Source of the DNA: Lepidodermella squamata
Lineage: Eukaryota; Animalia; Gastrotricha
Direction of reading: 5' to 3'
Assembly: GCA_047495785.1 (NCBI GenBank)
Contig: JBLDXI010000009.1
Span: 1,674,001-1,738,000 of the forward strand
DNA: 64,000 bases
Below, piece by piece: positions 1 to 14,111 of the stretch (the stretch's first letter is position 1; each line of letters starts with the position of its first letter). Made by a program: the position numbers and the translations under genes. Under the pieces are notes generated by a model. The model was not told where the DNA came from. It ran no database searches and saw nothing but the letters and a program-made list of their open reading frames with translations.

Positions 1-1423
1 ACAGCTGAGGGCCACGGCCGCCGAGCGAAAGAACACGACAAGAGGCTGGGTGTGGTAGAAATTGGATTCGTTCTGGTGCCGACGCCATCGCCGGCGTTCA
101 TTTGCCGGTGCTGGTGCTGGTTGCCGTACGCGCGCACACAACACCAAGAAAACAGCAATGAAATATCGCGCAAGAATCGATTAAATGACATCGGCTAGCG
201 GAAGGAATATTGACTCGAAGCGGCGGAAATGCGCGCATTTTTCGCCAGGAATCTTCATAATCATTCATTCATCATGGAGCAATGGTCATAGGAAGACGCG
301 AAATCAAATTACAAATTACACTTCGTGCGTTGGTGCAAATTTCGCGCCAAGATACGCTTGCCGTTGACTACACAGACTACTGAGTAAATGACGGTTGAAA
401 GAGGACACGCGCTTACTCAGCCGAGGAAAAATTCACTCAGAAAAAAAGGTTCAGCAAAGACGCGCGTGCGGTGAATACCGGCAATTAAAGGGCACGCACG
501 CAGCGGCAATGAAAAGTGAAAAGTGGTCAAAACGCTGAGGGTGCGCTTGCTTTTATACTGCGCGTGTTACTCGATGACTGTTGGTGTTTGGTAGAGAGAG
601 AGTTAAAAGACAGCACATAGATGGATATGCGCGCGCTGTCTATGCAAAAATGATGATGCGCATAGACAAGAAACAGGCGGCGATGAAGACTCGGGCGGGC
701 CTTGACAGACGGAGCGTGTTCAAAAGTAATTGGTAGCTGTCAGAAGAAATTACGCCACCACCACCACTACAACAATTCTTGCCTCGCAGTGTCTTGACTA
801 ACTAATGGTGGAGTATAGGCTCCATACATATACACATACAGCCGGGTGAGAGAACACGCGCCTGCTGCCGATAGAAGATAATTAACATGCGCGGGGTGGC
901 TCTTCTCCGCATTCGACATCGATATTGCGGCCAAGTCAAGTCGAGTCCGCCGGGCGTGACCCCTCTGGGTCTAATAAAAACGCATCATCGTCATTTACGG
1001 CGAGTGAGAGAGTGAGTAGGAATTTCCTCAACAAGACGTCGCGAGTGTAGTAAATAATAATAATAATAATAATATCGATATTTTACTGTAAATAATTTCT
1101 GATAATGACGAACATCGAGCTGACATATGCGCGACAGATAGTCGAGTGCCGATGCGCAAGGGCCAATAACTACTACTAACTACGACGGCCAAAGTCTATT
1201 ACGTGGCCAGTCACATGTTTGGCAGAAGCTTGCGATTGATTTCACACTCACAAGTTATGGAAATTAGCATATGTCTTTGCGAATAATAATAACTGGATTA
1301 CAACACTGTGGGCACAGAAGGCGATGCGGAAGATAGTCGCTCGGCGATGATGATAAAGATTTCGGCGCATCGAGCGGCAAAAATTTGAATTTCAAATTAG
1401 GGCCTAATTCTACGATAACTTAC

Positions 1424-1738
1424 CACGATCCACTGCTGTTGCTGCGGTACGATTTTCGCAAAGTCCTCGCCGCTGGACTCGTCATCGTTGGTCAACACTT
1501 CGCGGGACTGAAGCCCGGCGGCGGCGGGTTCGACAACCGGTTGGCTGATGACCAGAGGCAGCACTTCGACGCGGACGTTGTCGAGCGGTGCCGCAAGTGA
1601 GAGCGAGGCAAGTAGTAAAACGACGGCTGTCGTCTTGATAAAATGCAGCCATTTGTTAGCTTGATGATGATGATGATGATGGCGATAAGTATTTCGGTAA
1701 TAACAACAAACGAGTAGCTGCCGGTGCACTAGGCTCAT
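1424..1738 (-). CDS. First coding exon of an unknown secreted/membrane protein; gene continues leftward
   Basis: ATG at 1738, hydrophobic signal-like segment TAVVLLLASLSLA, acidic Ser-Gly site DDESSGED, perfect GTAAGT donor after 1424, upstream acceptor at 1832-1833. No recognisable domain. Confidence 0.45.
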
Positions 1739-4700
1739 CGCGCGTAAATTTAATAATGCGAAAAATAATATAGTACAGCGGTTCGACAACAGCAATTAGC
1801 CAGTCATTCGTGCCGAACGTTGAAGCGACGCCTAAAAGGACACAAAATTAACAAGTCGTTAATTTAGCTTGGAAAATGAAATTGATCTCTCAAAGTAAAT
1901 TGGGCGTGTAAAATCGATGGGTTTGAAAATTGCTGTGCTGGCGTGTACTGGTAATTAAGCTGGGCCGTCCGTCGTGGGCTAGTAAAACTTTTCTCAACCG
2001 CGGTGACCCCGTGCTGCGTAGTGAAATCGTAAACAAAACGCGGCCGTTCTCATAAAACAAATAAATGAGCGACGGACGGCCAGCACGGGTTTTTGCCGAC
2101 ACACAGAAGTCACCCATTCTGCGTTTGTTGTTTCGCGAGCAGCACGTGCGTTATTAGTAGCGGTAATAAAGGCTAATAATAGGTGTAATGTAGAGTATAA
2201 TGACGGGCGGCAAGGCACGATTTCTTGCTGCGGTAAAATTAGCGCTGCCGAGGAACAAAGCTGCCTGCTGGTTTTGGTTACTCTGACACAGGAGAAACAT
2301 GTGGTTGTAGTAGCGGGACGTTCTTAAGATGCGACCGGCCTGCCTGCCTCTCATTAGGCGTCAAAACGGCGTGGCCGAGATAATTATCATCGATATTTAT
2401 TTATTGCGCACGCACCGCCACACCTCAAATCAGTTCCGATCTGGCTGATCAGGTTCGAAAGTATCTCTGTATCGGCGCGATAAAGAAGCTGGCCTTACGC
2501 AACGCTTGTATCTTGTCTGCGCCTTTGTTGTTGTTTTTGATTCTTGGAATAAAGCAGCCGATGTAAATAACAACAAAAATATTATGCCGAGCGATTATCA
2601 CAGATGTGATGAGGCGTTATTGAGCAGCAGGGTAGTTGAACAAAAATGTTGTAATAGATCAGGGTCTCTATAAACCTATATCAATAATAACGATATCGAA
2701 TAGGCGGGTTTTCTCTCACCGCACGAGGTGTTGAAATAATCTCGTTTAGGCGCAAAGACAAATGAAAACAAAAAGCGAACAGGCTGTGTGTGTTTTTCCT
2801 AACTTTTTTTCTGCTCTGCAAGCTTACCTATGGTTAGTCGGTGGTAACAGTAGATACCATCATCGCCAATCTGCCATCATCGGTGGGAAGGATCTTGGCG
2901 CTTTTGTTTACGCAGAAGTGCATCGATCTTGCCACGCATTATTTTTCGATACTCGCCGGGCTCCTTCGCACATACCTTCATGAGTTTATTCCTTGGTGCC
3001 GCTTGCCATATTATAATAGGCATCATTACATTTTCTTTAAAAAGCCGTTACGCTTGATTGAAACCGAAGCGTGCAGCGTACTTGAAATGCTCGACCAGTT
3101 TCCGAACGTCACATCCATCTTTTTTCCGCGCTTTCTCTCAATCGCGTTAACGGGAACACCGTTTTCTATAAACATAAAGTATCATACTACTATATCAGAG
3201 AAAAAGCTACATCAATAGGTAAGTATAGGTAACGTAAACAAACACTAACGTTAAGTTGCGTTAATGAATGTGCAGAAAAAATGACAGCCTCGTTAAAAAG
3301 ATGCATGATGATAGCTGATTCATAATATGCTTCGTTTACGATAGTGGCCAACAAAAGCCGGCTATTGATGAACAGTTTTCAACAACACCCATCATCAACA
3401 AAGTGCCCATGCTTGGATTACCGCGAAAATAATGGAGACGCGATGAAGAAAGAAGGGTAGGGGTGTGTTAAGTAGGATAGATCAAGGCGGATATCCGATG
3501 TTTTGTTTGTGTTGTTGACGTGGTGGCTAAATCGTCTATATTAAAATAGAACAAGTGCCAAACACAGCTCGCATTTATCACGCTTGTTTTAATGCCGAGT
3601 AGCCAAAATAATGTCTAATAAACACGTGAGACTAGGAATAAAATTTGTTCACGTCGAGGAGAAAAGCAAGATTTCAATTAAAACAGGCTTAAATTTTTGA
3701 CAAAACGCTGACCATATTGGCTAGCTGCTTTTACTACGGCACTGCACGCAGCAGAAAAATAACGGGCATAATAAAAGTTGGAATATTGTTTTCCCTACTA
3801 CACGCGGGTAATACGGCTCGTGAGGCAAAAGAGCCGCAAACTTGAAGTTTGTACCATCATAACCACGTAATTTGTCAACCATTAGGTTTCAAGGTGTATG
3901 GCGCCTCGTGTATTAATTTTACGGCTGCCAAATAACAAAGTGAATAGCAGTATAATATGCGACAGTGCGTGCACACATCATCACACGCGAGTACGAAAAA
4001 TAAGTATAAAGCAATATAAAATCCCGGTAGAAACATCGGGCTTTGCAGGCAGGATGAACTCTACACGTAGTTAGACAAAAAAATGCCGGGCAGCATCCCA
4101 CTATACGCGATGTGTGTAGAATGAAGTGTGACTTGTCAGTCCGCAGCTGCCTATCTCATTTATAAGGGCGCGGTTTTTTCAGGTAGTATGATATACAAGC
4201 GCTGGTAATTCACATTTGATGACACGAAAGCCAGCAGCTGTGTACTCGCTTTGCCTACAATGGCCTCGCTAAGTAAGGCAGAACCGAAATCTTTTAATGA
4301 TAGCTAATAAACAACGCCCTGAAAATTGCTCTGACAAGGTAAGAAAAGTGCAGGTAGAAGACCAATTAATAAAAAATTCCTAAATAAAAAAGGCGAGAAA
4401 GTGAACATGTGTAAATAAGCTCCGCCTCAATGCCGCCAGCTGGAATCAGCGTTTTAATGGTTTCCATGTCTGCCTCGTCGATTTCGAAAAAATGCAGAAT
4501 TTTTCAAGCACTGCGCTGGTTTTTGTTTTATTCGTTCAGTGTAACATTACAAGCGAGCGAGCCATCCATAACATTAATATTATTAATAGTATTCACTTCA
4601 AGATTTAGTGTTGTAGTAACAGTCCATATATTTCATACATATTCATAATAATATAAGATAGTATATTGTATATTCCGGTTGAAAAATGTGGATTTTTTGC

Positions 4701-7280
4701 GTTCATACCGACGGGATTTTTTCCGACCGCACTCATCAGTGTAGTTCGCACACCGTGCATGCGTGGTAACAGGTTCAATCATAACATTATAAGTATATCA
4801 TAATTTCAATCATCGTGTGAACGACAGAGAAAGAAGGAACAACAATCATTCATTCAATCACATCCTCATAGTTTTCTTTACAGTTTGTTTTAACAATAAT
4901 TTCGGTCAGACGCTATATCAAGAACGACAGAAATATGGCTTGGATGTTTAATCGGCATGGATGCGACATGCCATTAGGTTATTTCGAATGAGATAATTCG
5001 GTTCAAAAAATGGGAAAATATTGCAGAAATTTGAGTTATATGTTTAGACAAGTAGGGATCCAAAAAAACAGAGATACATTGCGCTCGGGTTGTTAAAAAT
5101 CGCTAACAAAATTTGAAAATAATAAAAACCGAACGAGATATGGCTTGATTGTAGGAATTTTTTAAACGCCACTAATAATTAGTAATCTAACAGCTAAAGA
5201 AGGGAGAAAACTAGGCTAATTGTATATCCAGTTTACTTCATGCAAAATAATTTTGATGGTGAAAGAGAAAACTGGTTGAAGAAGAATAGACGAAGCAAAG
5301 CCTTAAAAGGAAATAAGAGGCACACCGAAAGTGGTGTATGTCCCTGATTCAAACTAATAACTCGTTAATAATCAGTACTCCCAGATAAAACCAAAGCCTG
5401 ACACCTGGTAAAAGGAACATCGATAAATATAGCGATATGAAATGGATGTTTCACCTTCCGAATAACAAAACAACGTTACGTCATCACCTTGAGTAGACTT
5501 GTAACTTTCTCCTCGAATAGCGAAACAGTAAAAACAAAGAATATTATCGAGTGACGCGGTAGTACAACAAAAATGACTGCGAAAAGACGCGTGAGACGAA
5601 ACAAGAGAACAGGAGAGAAAGCATTTTCAGAAAACGCCTATAACCTGGCCTCGAAAAACCCAAGTCCGAAATCGATTATTTTAGCGTCAAAAAATGTGCA
5701 CACGCCCAAGGTAGTGGTAGAATAATATTAGGTATAAGTACTTATTCTTTGAAATGCTCCATTTTTTATATAAAAGAATAATGTTTCGCAATATATATGT
5801 ATTTACAGTTGAATAAATTAACCTGGGAAATCACCGCCCACAACAGAAGATTAATTTTTATCATAGGTTAGTAATAATAATCATTTCCGCGGGATAAAAA
5901 ATTAGAAATTCTGAAATATGGCGCAGTTTTCCGTAATCGGTATATATTTCAAGGTAGGTGCTCACGCAAAACAGAAAATAAAGATGGAAAAGGGCCTTCT
6001 ACTCGGATGATGTGGCAAGTTCGGAGAATATGGTAGTGTGGTTCAAAGTAGGGCTTGGACAAATTCAGCGAAATTGACGCTACTAAAATGATGTGAAAAA
6101 TAGCGCTACACGACAGTTGAAATTTGATTATGAGTGAAGTTTCAAAGGTATATAGAGAGGACACCAGTTAATACGAACTGGTGTAGGTTTTGTAGAACTG
6201 TAATTGTTTTGTTATTGTGTCGCGCTCTCCTATCATCTTTGACGCTATTTAGAAACTGTTCATTCTCTCGCAGCGCGGGTGCAGAGTGAGAAAAGCGATA
6301 TTATTGCGGTTCTGTGTATACCTGGAACACAAGCTTCATGTCATTAATATATGTACATTAAACGGCGGCATTTTCAAGACGATTATCGTTGTAGTCGTAG
6401 TCGTAGTAGTAGTAACAGGTACCTACTATGCGCGCATGTTTGAAGGGCAAAGCACGCACATTAAAAATTACAAACGACGCTGCTCTGAAATTTGTTTCGC
6501 GATCGGGCACTTACACCTGAGAGAGAGAGAAAGAGTGAATGAGTGGCACGTATAAGCTTCAGGTGAGAGAGCGCGAGATATTATACTACAACCAAAACCA
6601 CAAATGAAGAAGAGCATCTGAGTAGGTTGTTTCGTCAACTTTTATATAGTAGACTTACATATATAATGGTAGTAGAAGTAATTGCCTAGGCCCAGCCTAC
6701 ATGATGTTCGTCGCTCATGATAAAACCTAGAGGGCAGTGTGTATGGTAGGTGCATTGAAAGCAGCTAGGTATTTGATAACACTATTAGACGTTCACACGT
6801 AGCAGTAGGCAGTGCTGCACCTGCGCAGTCAAATGCATAGTAGCCTATATAACAGATAAGACCATCAACGTCACGACTTGGAATTGATTAATCATTAATT
6901 AATTGAACGCCAAAAAGCCACGAAAAAATTGAAGTTGATATACAGCCGCCGATAATCTACAAGAAGGGAAAGCGCTGCCATCTAACACAATTTCAATGAT
7001 AGCAATATTTACAGAAAGAAATAACTTTAAATAATTGATTAATTTTCTATCAAGCACAATCTTAGATTTTACCACCAGGAGGAGGAAAGGTTAAATGAAG
7101 AGAAGATTATTCATCAGGTTAGATATATACCTAAATAATATTTCAACGCGTGATTCCGATAAGAATAACAATTTTATAGATGATATAATTTGCATACTAG
7201 TTCCCCTCTTTTCAAAATAGTGATACGATAATAATGCTTCGATTAATAATATTAGCGGTTTATAATTTGATATATATCGT

Positions 7281-10200
7281 CTAATTATAGTCTGTTGGAG
7301 AAGCATATTGTTGAAGTGAGGCGTACATCGACTTGGCAGTGGGCGCCGACGACGGGGAGTTGAGTCGCCGATAACAGTTTACACAGACTCGAACCTGACC
7401 GGATGCTACAGCTGGAACCACAGCTCGCAGGTTCGAACAACCATCACAGAAAACGTGACCGCAATTCCTGGAAAGCAAAACATAATATTAATGACTCGTG
7501 AACAATAGAAATGTATAAACAAAAGCTCGGGGTTTCAAATTTCGAATATACGACAAATCAATCATATTATTCCAGCTTTTGTTCATAAAATTGCTAAAAC
7601 TTCGTTCTTTCATTTTGCAAATTTTTCCAAGCCAGCCGTCAAACTTTTTGAAATTTTCACCTCGAAAATGTCCCTAATACTCCAATTGAACAAGATTTCA
7701 TTATAATTATCAACCTTTTTACGGATTTTAAATCGAATAATTTCACCGATTAAACTACTCGAAAGAATAACACCGAGCTATTTTCATTCATGAGAAATCA
7801 ATTTTTTACAATCGAAATTCTGGGGCACAATCGAAAATTTAATTGCCCAAGTGCTTCCCACTACAACTTTATTCGCGAGCAAGAAAATGCGAACAATCTA
7901 GCTAAATATGCCTCATAATAATGAGGATACCTAATTTAGATCGGGTAACTAATAAAACCCATCATGAAAATCAGGATATCAGAATCGATCAATATTAGTG
8001 TAATATCCGACTCACCTGCAATGATGGCGACCTCTTAAATAGCCGAATTCCTTCCGACACGCCGAGCAGTAGGGAAAGAGCGAGTCAGGCAGCCACGAAG
8101 CCGGCACTTCATTTCTCACATCCGGTTGAATGTAGTCGCAACCGGTCACATCAGGCGAAGACCCTGAAAGCCGCAGTTGCGAATACGGGTTTCGTCCCAT
8201 CGAACGCGGAGCAGTAGCATGAGAACCGTTGCCGTTTTCGTTGTTCGCACAGTTGACAACCGGCGCCATCCGGGCTGCCAGGGCGGCACGCGCAGCCTCC
8301 TGCACAGGGTCGACGTAAGTGGGCAGGGTGTCTTCGCCCAGCTGAAATTCCTCGTCCGACTCCGCGAGTTGGTCATCATCGGCTCGGTCGACTGTGGTCA
8401 GGCTGAAATCGGCGTCTTTTGACGCCGGCGACAGCGAACCACCGCCATTTCCGCCTGTTATACCGGTTAGAAGGGCGAGGCCGTTTGCTAGGCCATTTTT
8501 CAACGGGGATGAAGAGGCCGCGTAGTATACAGCCTGTGGAGATGGGGAGTTCCTCGGCGGTGGCGCAACGATTAACACTGAATCGGTTGAACCGGATAAA
8601 TGGGTCAATATCGGTGATTTTCCTTCAAATGAGTAAGCATCAGCTTTTTGGCTTCCTCGGTTGGCAGCAGGTGACGATTGTTTTGGTATCGCTATCGCCG
8701 GGGTATTGCCGTTCGTCCCATTCACGTAACTAGCAATAGGTGATTCACGGTCGGTTCCGTTTCCGAATGGTGACGAGCCGACGTTGTATTCTCGGGTGAT
8801 ATACGCTCTTCTCCAAGGTTGCAAATGGGAAATCGAATAAGCCACGCGAAGTGTCTGTAAAATTAATGAAAATCGTTAGCAATGATATTCCGAGCAATTT
8901 TGATTTTTCAATTAAAATTTGAACAAATTCAGTACTTCAGTCCGATAAGTAGTGAAAATTATAGCTTCTTTGTTGTCCTTTCAATAAATTTAATCTCTCA
9001 AGGCTTTACCGCTTTCTTCATTCATAAATTGATATTTTAATAGTTCCAGCTTTATGTTCATCAAGATCTACTAATTTGAGAACAATAATTTTGATTTTTC
9101 ATTATAAAATTACTATGGCGACATGACTTTTCATGTAAATGACTGTTTTTCGAGACGTGCTGAATACATAAAATGACCACGTCATGAGGTCAAAAAATGA
9201 CCGCCACGGATAATAGAAACAACATCACGTGTCAACTTTCAAGGCATTGTGCGCACACGATGGCGTGATTATCCTTTTAGACGTATTAAAAAGCTAAGTT
9301 AAACTGGATATGAGCCGTGGTGATAAAAGAGCCCCAAAGCTTCTTAATGGGAAACATACCTTGAATCGATTTTTGTCAAATAAAACATTTTTGCACTGAG
9401 GAATCTGGAAGAGCGCAGGCCACACCGAACGGGTCTTGGTCCAAATTTGGTTGGCGTTGCGTTCTTGCAGCGAATTGCACATGAATGTGCCGTATAGATT
9501 TGAATACACGTGAAGAAGAAGCTTCAACAAGAAAGTCTCCGTGAACTCAAACGCTGTCGGATATTGGCACATTAGCTGATAGACGCAGTCGAGCCATTGC
9601 AAAAAGATCGGCGATCGTTCTGTCGGGTCTTTCGCATTCAGTGGGTTGCCGCACCGATCGGCAAATTTGTGTCCAAAGCACAGCCATTCACGATCCACTA
9701 ACACTTGAAAGCCCTTCAAAGTACGGTAATACGGATCGAGAATAAGCTCGGCCAAACTGACGATCTGCGGTGTGCGGTCCCACCCGTCGGAACAGTGAAC
9801 AAGGACCGACCGACCCGCGCATAATTCCCGCGAAACTCGATAGGCACTGCTTAGCAGTGTTGACAAATGACTTAGCCATTGAGTAGAGTCCAAATTCGTC
9901 CAAAACCTGCGGAGAAAATTCACACACACGTTATTCAACTCAACACGTATATTTATTGGCCTCTTGGCCTAGTTTTTCTGTTGACTAAAATTTGTGTACT
10001 GCCGAATCAAGTGTGTAATGAATAATTTTACATGTTTCCTTTAAAAGAAATCGCAAAATCCGAAATTTATCCTTTGTTTGCTCATCAACGGGGGCGAATA
10101 GCTTGACCATAATACTTACATTACACACTTGAATTATAACAATGCAAATTAACCCTGTTTGCGACCTTGCCTTTCAAGCGTAAAATCATCGCTGCGAGCA

Positions 10201-11704
10201 AACAAAACGCTCAATTGTTTGCGCTATTTCGAACTACACGCACTCGCTAGCCGCTGCTACTACTGACTACATAGTATTACATATCGATGCCAACAACTCA
10301 CCCGACGTCGCCGGTAACTTTCGACGTGGCATAAAGGCTGCGCAGACTTTGTAAACTCTTGCGCACTTGATGGATATTCTCGATGTTCATGTAAATCAAC
10401 TCGCTGCCGTAGTTTTCTGGACCAGAAAAAAATCAAGTTAAACAATGAAAATTCAAAGGAATAATGAGATTTACCCTGGCTTTCCACTCCGCCACCTTTC
10501 ATCCAATTACCAAGAGCTGCTTTGTACGATCTCGCGTCGATGACAAGTAATTTACCCTCTGCCAATACTTTCAGAGTGCCGTTACTGACATCGCCATTGG
10601 ACGGATTGCCGTTAGTCCCATTAGCTCCATTAGAATGCGGGAGACCTCCATTCGGTAAAGCAGCTCTCGCAATAGATTTCAGCAGATCTTCATCAGCGTT
10701 AGAGCGTCGATTGAAAAGACCAGACTGAGGCTGTGAACTTCGGATAAGAACGGCTCCTGTGACCGGGTGCCGCCAAACCACCGATGGGAAACGTCCCTCG
10801 GCTCTGAACCGCGCAGCTTCCTCTACCAGCTTTTGAACAGTCTCCAAATTAGTAGCTCCATTAGATGGCGACGAGGAACTGTCAGTCACTTTCGCAGGAA
10901 ATATATGAACCTGGGGATAAGTGGCACAGGTTTTGAAGTCCTTGTTGACTTCAGCTATTTGCCAAATATTTTCCGGAAATCCCATACGCTTCATTTCTTC
11001 AGCGAGTTGCTATAAAGGAATTAATTTCAAGAACAACATATTGGACAACGATTGAAATAAAAACCTTTTCATATTGTTCATATTGGTTGTCAGAACACTT
11101 CATTCCATCTGCGGACGATGGTCTGTGTTTAAATCCATTAGTTTGATGCGTATTTGCAGAAGACTGTGAGCCCTCGCTCAAAGCAGCTGCATACTTCGCA
11201 GCAAAGGTCCTATCTACTTCACATGGCAATTCAGTTGCCTCGTTAACGGCCTTAACCAGATCAGCAGCGGTAGTGGCGTTACTAGTAAAGCTAAACCTGA
11301 ACAAAAACAATCGTAATATTTTTCATGATTAACAACTTTGTAATTTACCTAAATACTCTTCCGTCCTTACAGCTGACAAGAACAGTAGTAAGATCGCGAT
11401 ATTCAGCAGATTCTATCAGTCCAAGCGGAATATTGACAGTGACGTATCGACTGTTCTTTACCGAGTATAACCGGAAGTTAGTTAGCAGGATTCGACCATC
11501 ATCATGCTCAAAGCCTTGGTTGCTCTGATACAAGATGTGTTCTTCGCCTTTTAGCTTCTGTATGACCTTGTCAAGCTCCGGATTGAACTGACTCCGATCC
11601 ACGAACACGTGATCAGTGGGGCTGCTGCCACACAACAGATCTGAATCCGAGTGCGGTTTGATGAGAATATCAGTGGCCACACTCATTAAATTCAAGGGCA
11701 ACAA
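7281..11704 (-). CDS. MTMR3: Myotubularin-related PI3P phosphatase with C-terminal FYVE finger (MTMR3/4 type), multi-exon
   Basis: PH-GRAM-like N-terminus (11345-11704 ORF), catalytic VHCSDGWDRT and FGHKFADRCG (9294-9938 ORF), FYVE WLPD..C..C...RHHCR|NCGHVFC..C...RVCVNCY split over 8012-8845 and 7281-7467. The start may be an ATG|GTAGGT exon end at 12347-12349 splicing in phase 0 to 11704. Confidence 0.93.
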
Positions 11705-12891
11705 CTAAATTAAAAACAATACGAGCAAAGGGATATCAATCTTCCTGTTTGAAATTGAAAGTTATTATTGTGAAGAAGCGTTTAGTTATTAACTATGATT
11801 AAGTTGAACCTATAACTAGTACTAAAACTGTAGCCATGGATGCCTGGGGGCGATTGCTCAAAAGCAGTAAATGCCATGGTGAACAAATCACTTCAAGTAT
11901 ACCAAAACAAGTTAATAATCAATATTCCAAAACTGCTTGGCATTTGCTCAAAGTATTGTAAGCTGCCTCTCAATAAGGTCAGCGAATGGAACCAACGTGA
12001 TTACGCAAATCATTACGCAATACTAGTGAGATAAATTTCCACTCGCCCCAATGAGTCAATGTGAATAAGCGAAAAGAGTCACGTAGGAAGTAAAGTATAG
12101 CATTTTCCTAAACATTCTAAACATTCATTAATGATGGAAAATGGGACAAATTCTCAAAATTCACGTCTTAGCCCCAAGCCAAAAGAGATAATCCCGATAA
12201 TCCAATGGTCGAGCATAACTTATCCACCGACCACCGAACGACATTAGGACTTCTAAAATAAACTTCAGCAATGAAATTCGAGGCAATCAATCTACTAATA
12301 GGCCAAAAAATCATATTGGCCGAACGGTCCTCTCTGAATTACCTACCATTTACACCGCGAAATTGAAGTAAATATGAAAAAATTTACAAATGAGGAGAAA
12401 TAAGGACTGGTAACAGCGTCTTCAATCAGCTTGCTAATATTTATTAACATTCGTCTGTAACTTATCCCATCGGGGGACAATAGGTAATAGGTAGAGGAAG
12501 TCAGAAGGTAGACACTCCCCCCCGTACGTTGAAAAAATACTGCCAATTTTTTAATGATCGCACATCGAATGGGGTGATAAAAATTCATTCGACCTTGTTG
12601 TGATTATAATAAATATTTTGCATTTACACAGCTGTATAACTCATTAATAGTTTTGAATGTTAACAAAAATAATTGCTAAAAATTAGATCCAAAAATGATG
12701 GTCAGTAAATGGAACTTTTTTAGGGTATTAATAATTCCAGCTGTTTCGTTTTCTAGTTTTCCAACGTTTTCCAACGTACGAGGTTTAGATAGATTGCTCG
12801 GAATTTGATATTGATAATACTCAGTGGATAGCGAATATTTGTATTAGTCATCCGAAAAGCTTTTACTTTTCTGAAAACTTGGAAGCTGATC

Positions 12892-13908
12892 ATGACAACA
12901 AAAGTTGAACATTTTTTCTTGTACCAGGCCGATGGAGATATCAGTTTGTCCGCGGCTGATTCTCAGTTATCATTTGAGCTCATTGCTTCCGATTGTGAGG
13001 ACAGCGCGACAACTAGAACAGTTCTGGATGTGGTTACGGATAAATACAAATCTATAACTGGCGCTGGGTTCAAAGCAGTTTCTCGCCTTATCGAATCGGC
13101 AGATGGACCAATAAAAATTCTGATTTACCTTGGAATTCTTTCTCCCCTTGATGGAGAGAAATCGTTGATGATCTGCTTTGTTATGGCAGAGACATATTCT
13201 AGTGAGCTGGTTGTTGAAGATATACGCTGGTTTGTAGAGCGTTTGAAATCTTCTAAACCTTATTCGGTTGATAACCTGAAGTCTCTTCTTTCTGTGTGGT
13301 ATTCTGTTGCCACTGAGTTTGTATCAATTGTTGCAAAGTCGGCCGGGGAAGACTGCTGCAAGCTCATCGCGTCATCTTTGACTGGATGGCAGCTCAAGTT
13401 CGAACAAAGCTGGTTAGAAGCGGAAGAGGTAGACAAGGTCAAACTTCGTCTCTCCTACGAGAGATTCTTTGCGGCTTGCCGCTTGTGGGAAATTGGCTTC
13501 GGGGTGTCTGAAAATAGCGACGCGGAATTCCTCACATTAAATTATGAAGATGACAAATTGGCTATCAAATTTTCGGATGAACTGTTGATTAAAAAGAAAA
13601 TTAATTCTTTCTGCCGCGAATGGAGTTCTGCTTTGATTCAACAGAGCGACGATTCAACATATACATCCTTGGAATTGAGAAAACTGCTTGAAAATTACCG
13701 CTTACGAGTGTTGCAAGACCTTAACTTTTGCAATCGGCTAATGAAGACCGCTGAGTCAGACTACTACAGTTTCTATCGCCTATATTTATTTGTTCGCTCG
13801 CATGCCAACTCGGAAATTTTAATAAGTCAACTTTCAAATTCTCATGGCTCCGGCTCGACTTCGGATATAGTTGCCGCGCTCTCTAGCACTATCAATCAAT
13901 CAGCATAA
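12892..13908 (+). CDS. C17orf75: Njmu-R1 / C17orf75 homolog (WDR11-FAM91A1 complex subunit), intronless
   Basis: 338-aa ORF; C-terminal LLENYRLRVLQDLNFCNRLMKTAESDYYSFYRLYLFVRSHANSEIL resembles the conserved Njmu-R1 C-terminal block as I recall it. Confidence 0.75.
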   Translation: MTTKVEHFFLYQADGDISLSAADSQLSFELIASDCEDSATTRTVLDVVTDKYKSITGAGFKAVSRLIESADGPIKILIYLGILSPLDGEKSLMICFVMAETYSSELVVEDIRWFVERLKSSKPYSVDNLKSLLSVWYSVATEFVSIVAKSAGEDCCKLIASSLTGWQLKFEQSWLEAEEVDKVKLRLSYERFFAACRLWEIGFGVSENSDAEFLTLNYEDDKLAIKFSDELLIKKKINSFCREWSSALIQQSDDSTYTSLELRKLLENYRLRVLQDLNFCNRLMKTAESDYYSFYRLYLFVRSHANSEILISQLSNSHGSGSTSDIVAALSSTINQSA

Positions 13909-14111
13909 AACTTGACTTCTCTTGCTTTTGGTGCAAATTGATAATTTAGATGAAAATATTTGTATATGATTTATGTTCAAGAGTCTTGACATGACGATTT
14001 TGGATAAAAGCTGTAATCTTGGGGCAAGATATAATATTCCAAATTTTTTCTTTCCTCGTTGATAATCATCTATTTTTGATTTTAATAGGTGTTAACTGTA
14101 GAATATTATTG

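Noticed and set aside
1663-1681. His6 tag / vector contamination
   Set aside because: Natural (CAT)n microsatellite within a genomic exon; no vector sequence.
1890-7100. Short ORFs in the ORF track
   Set aside because: No motifs or consistent splice chain; likely regulatory, intronic or UTR sequence.
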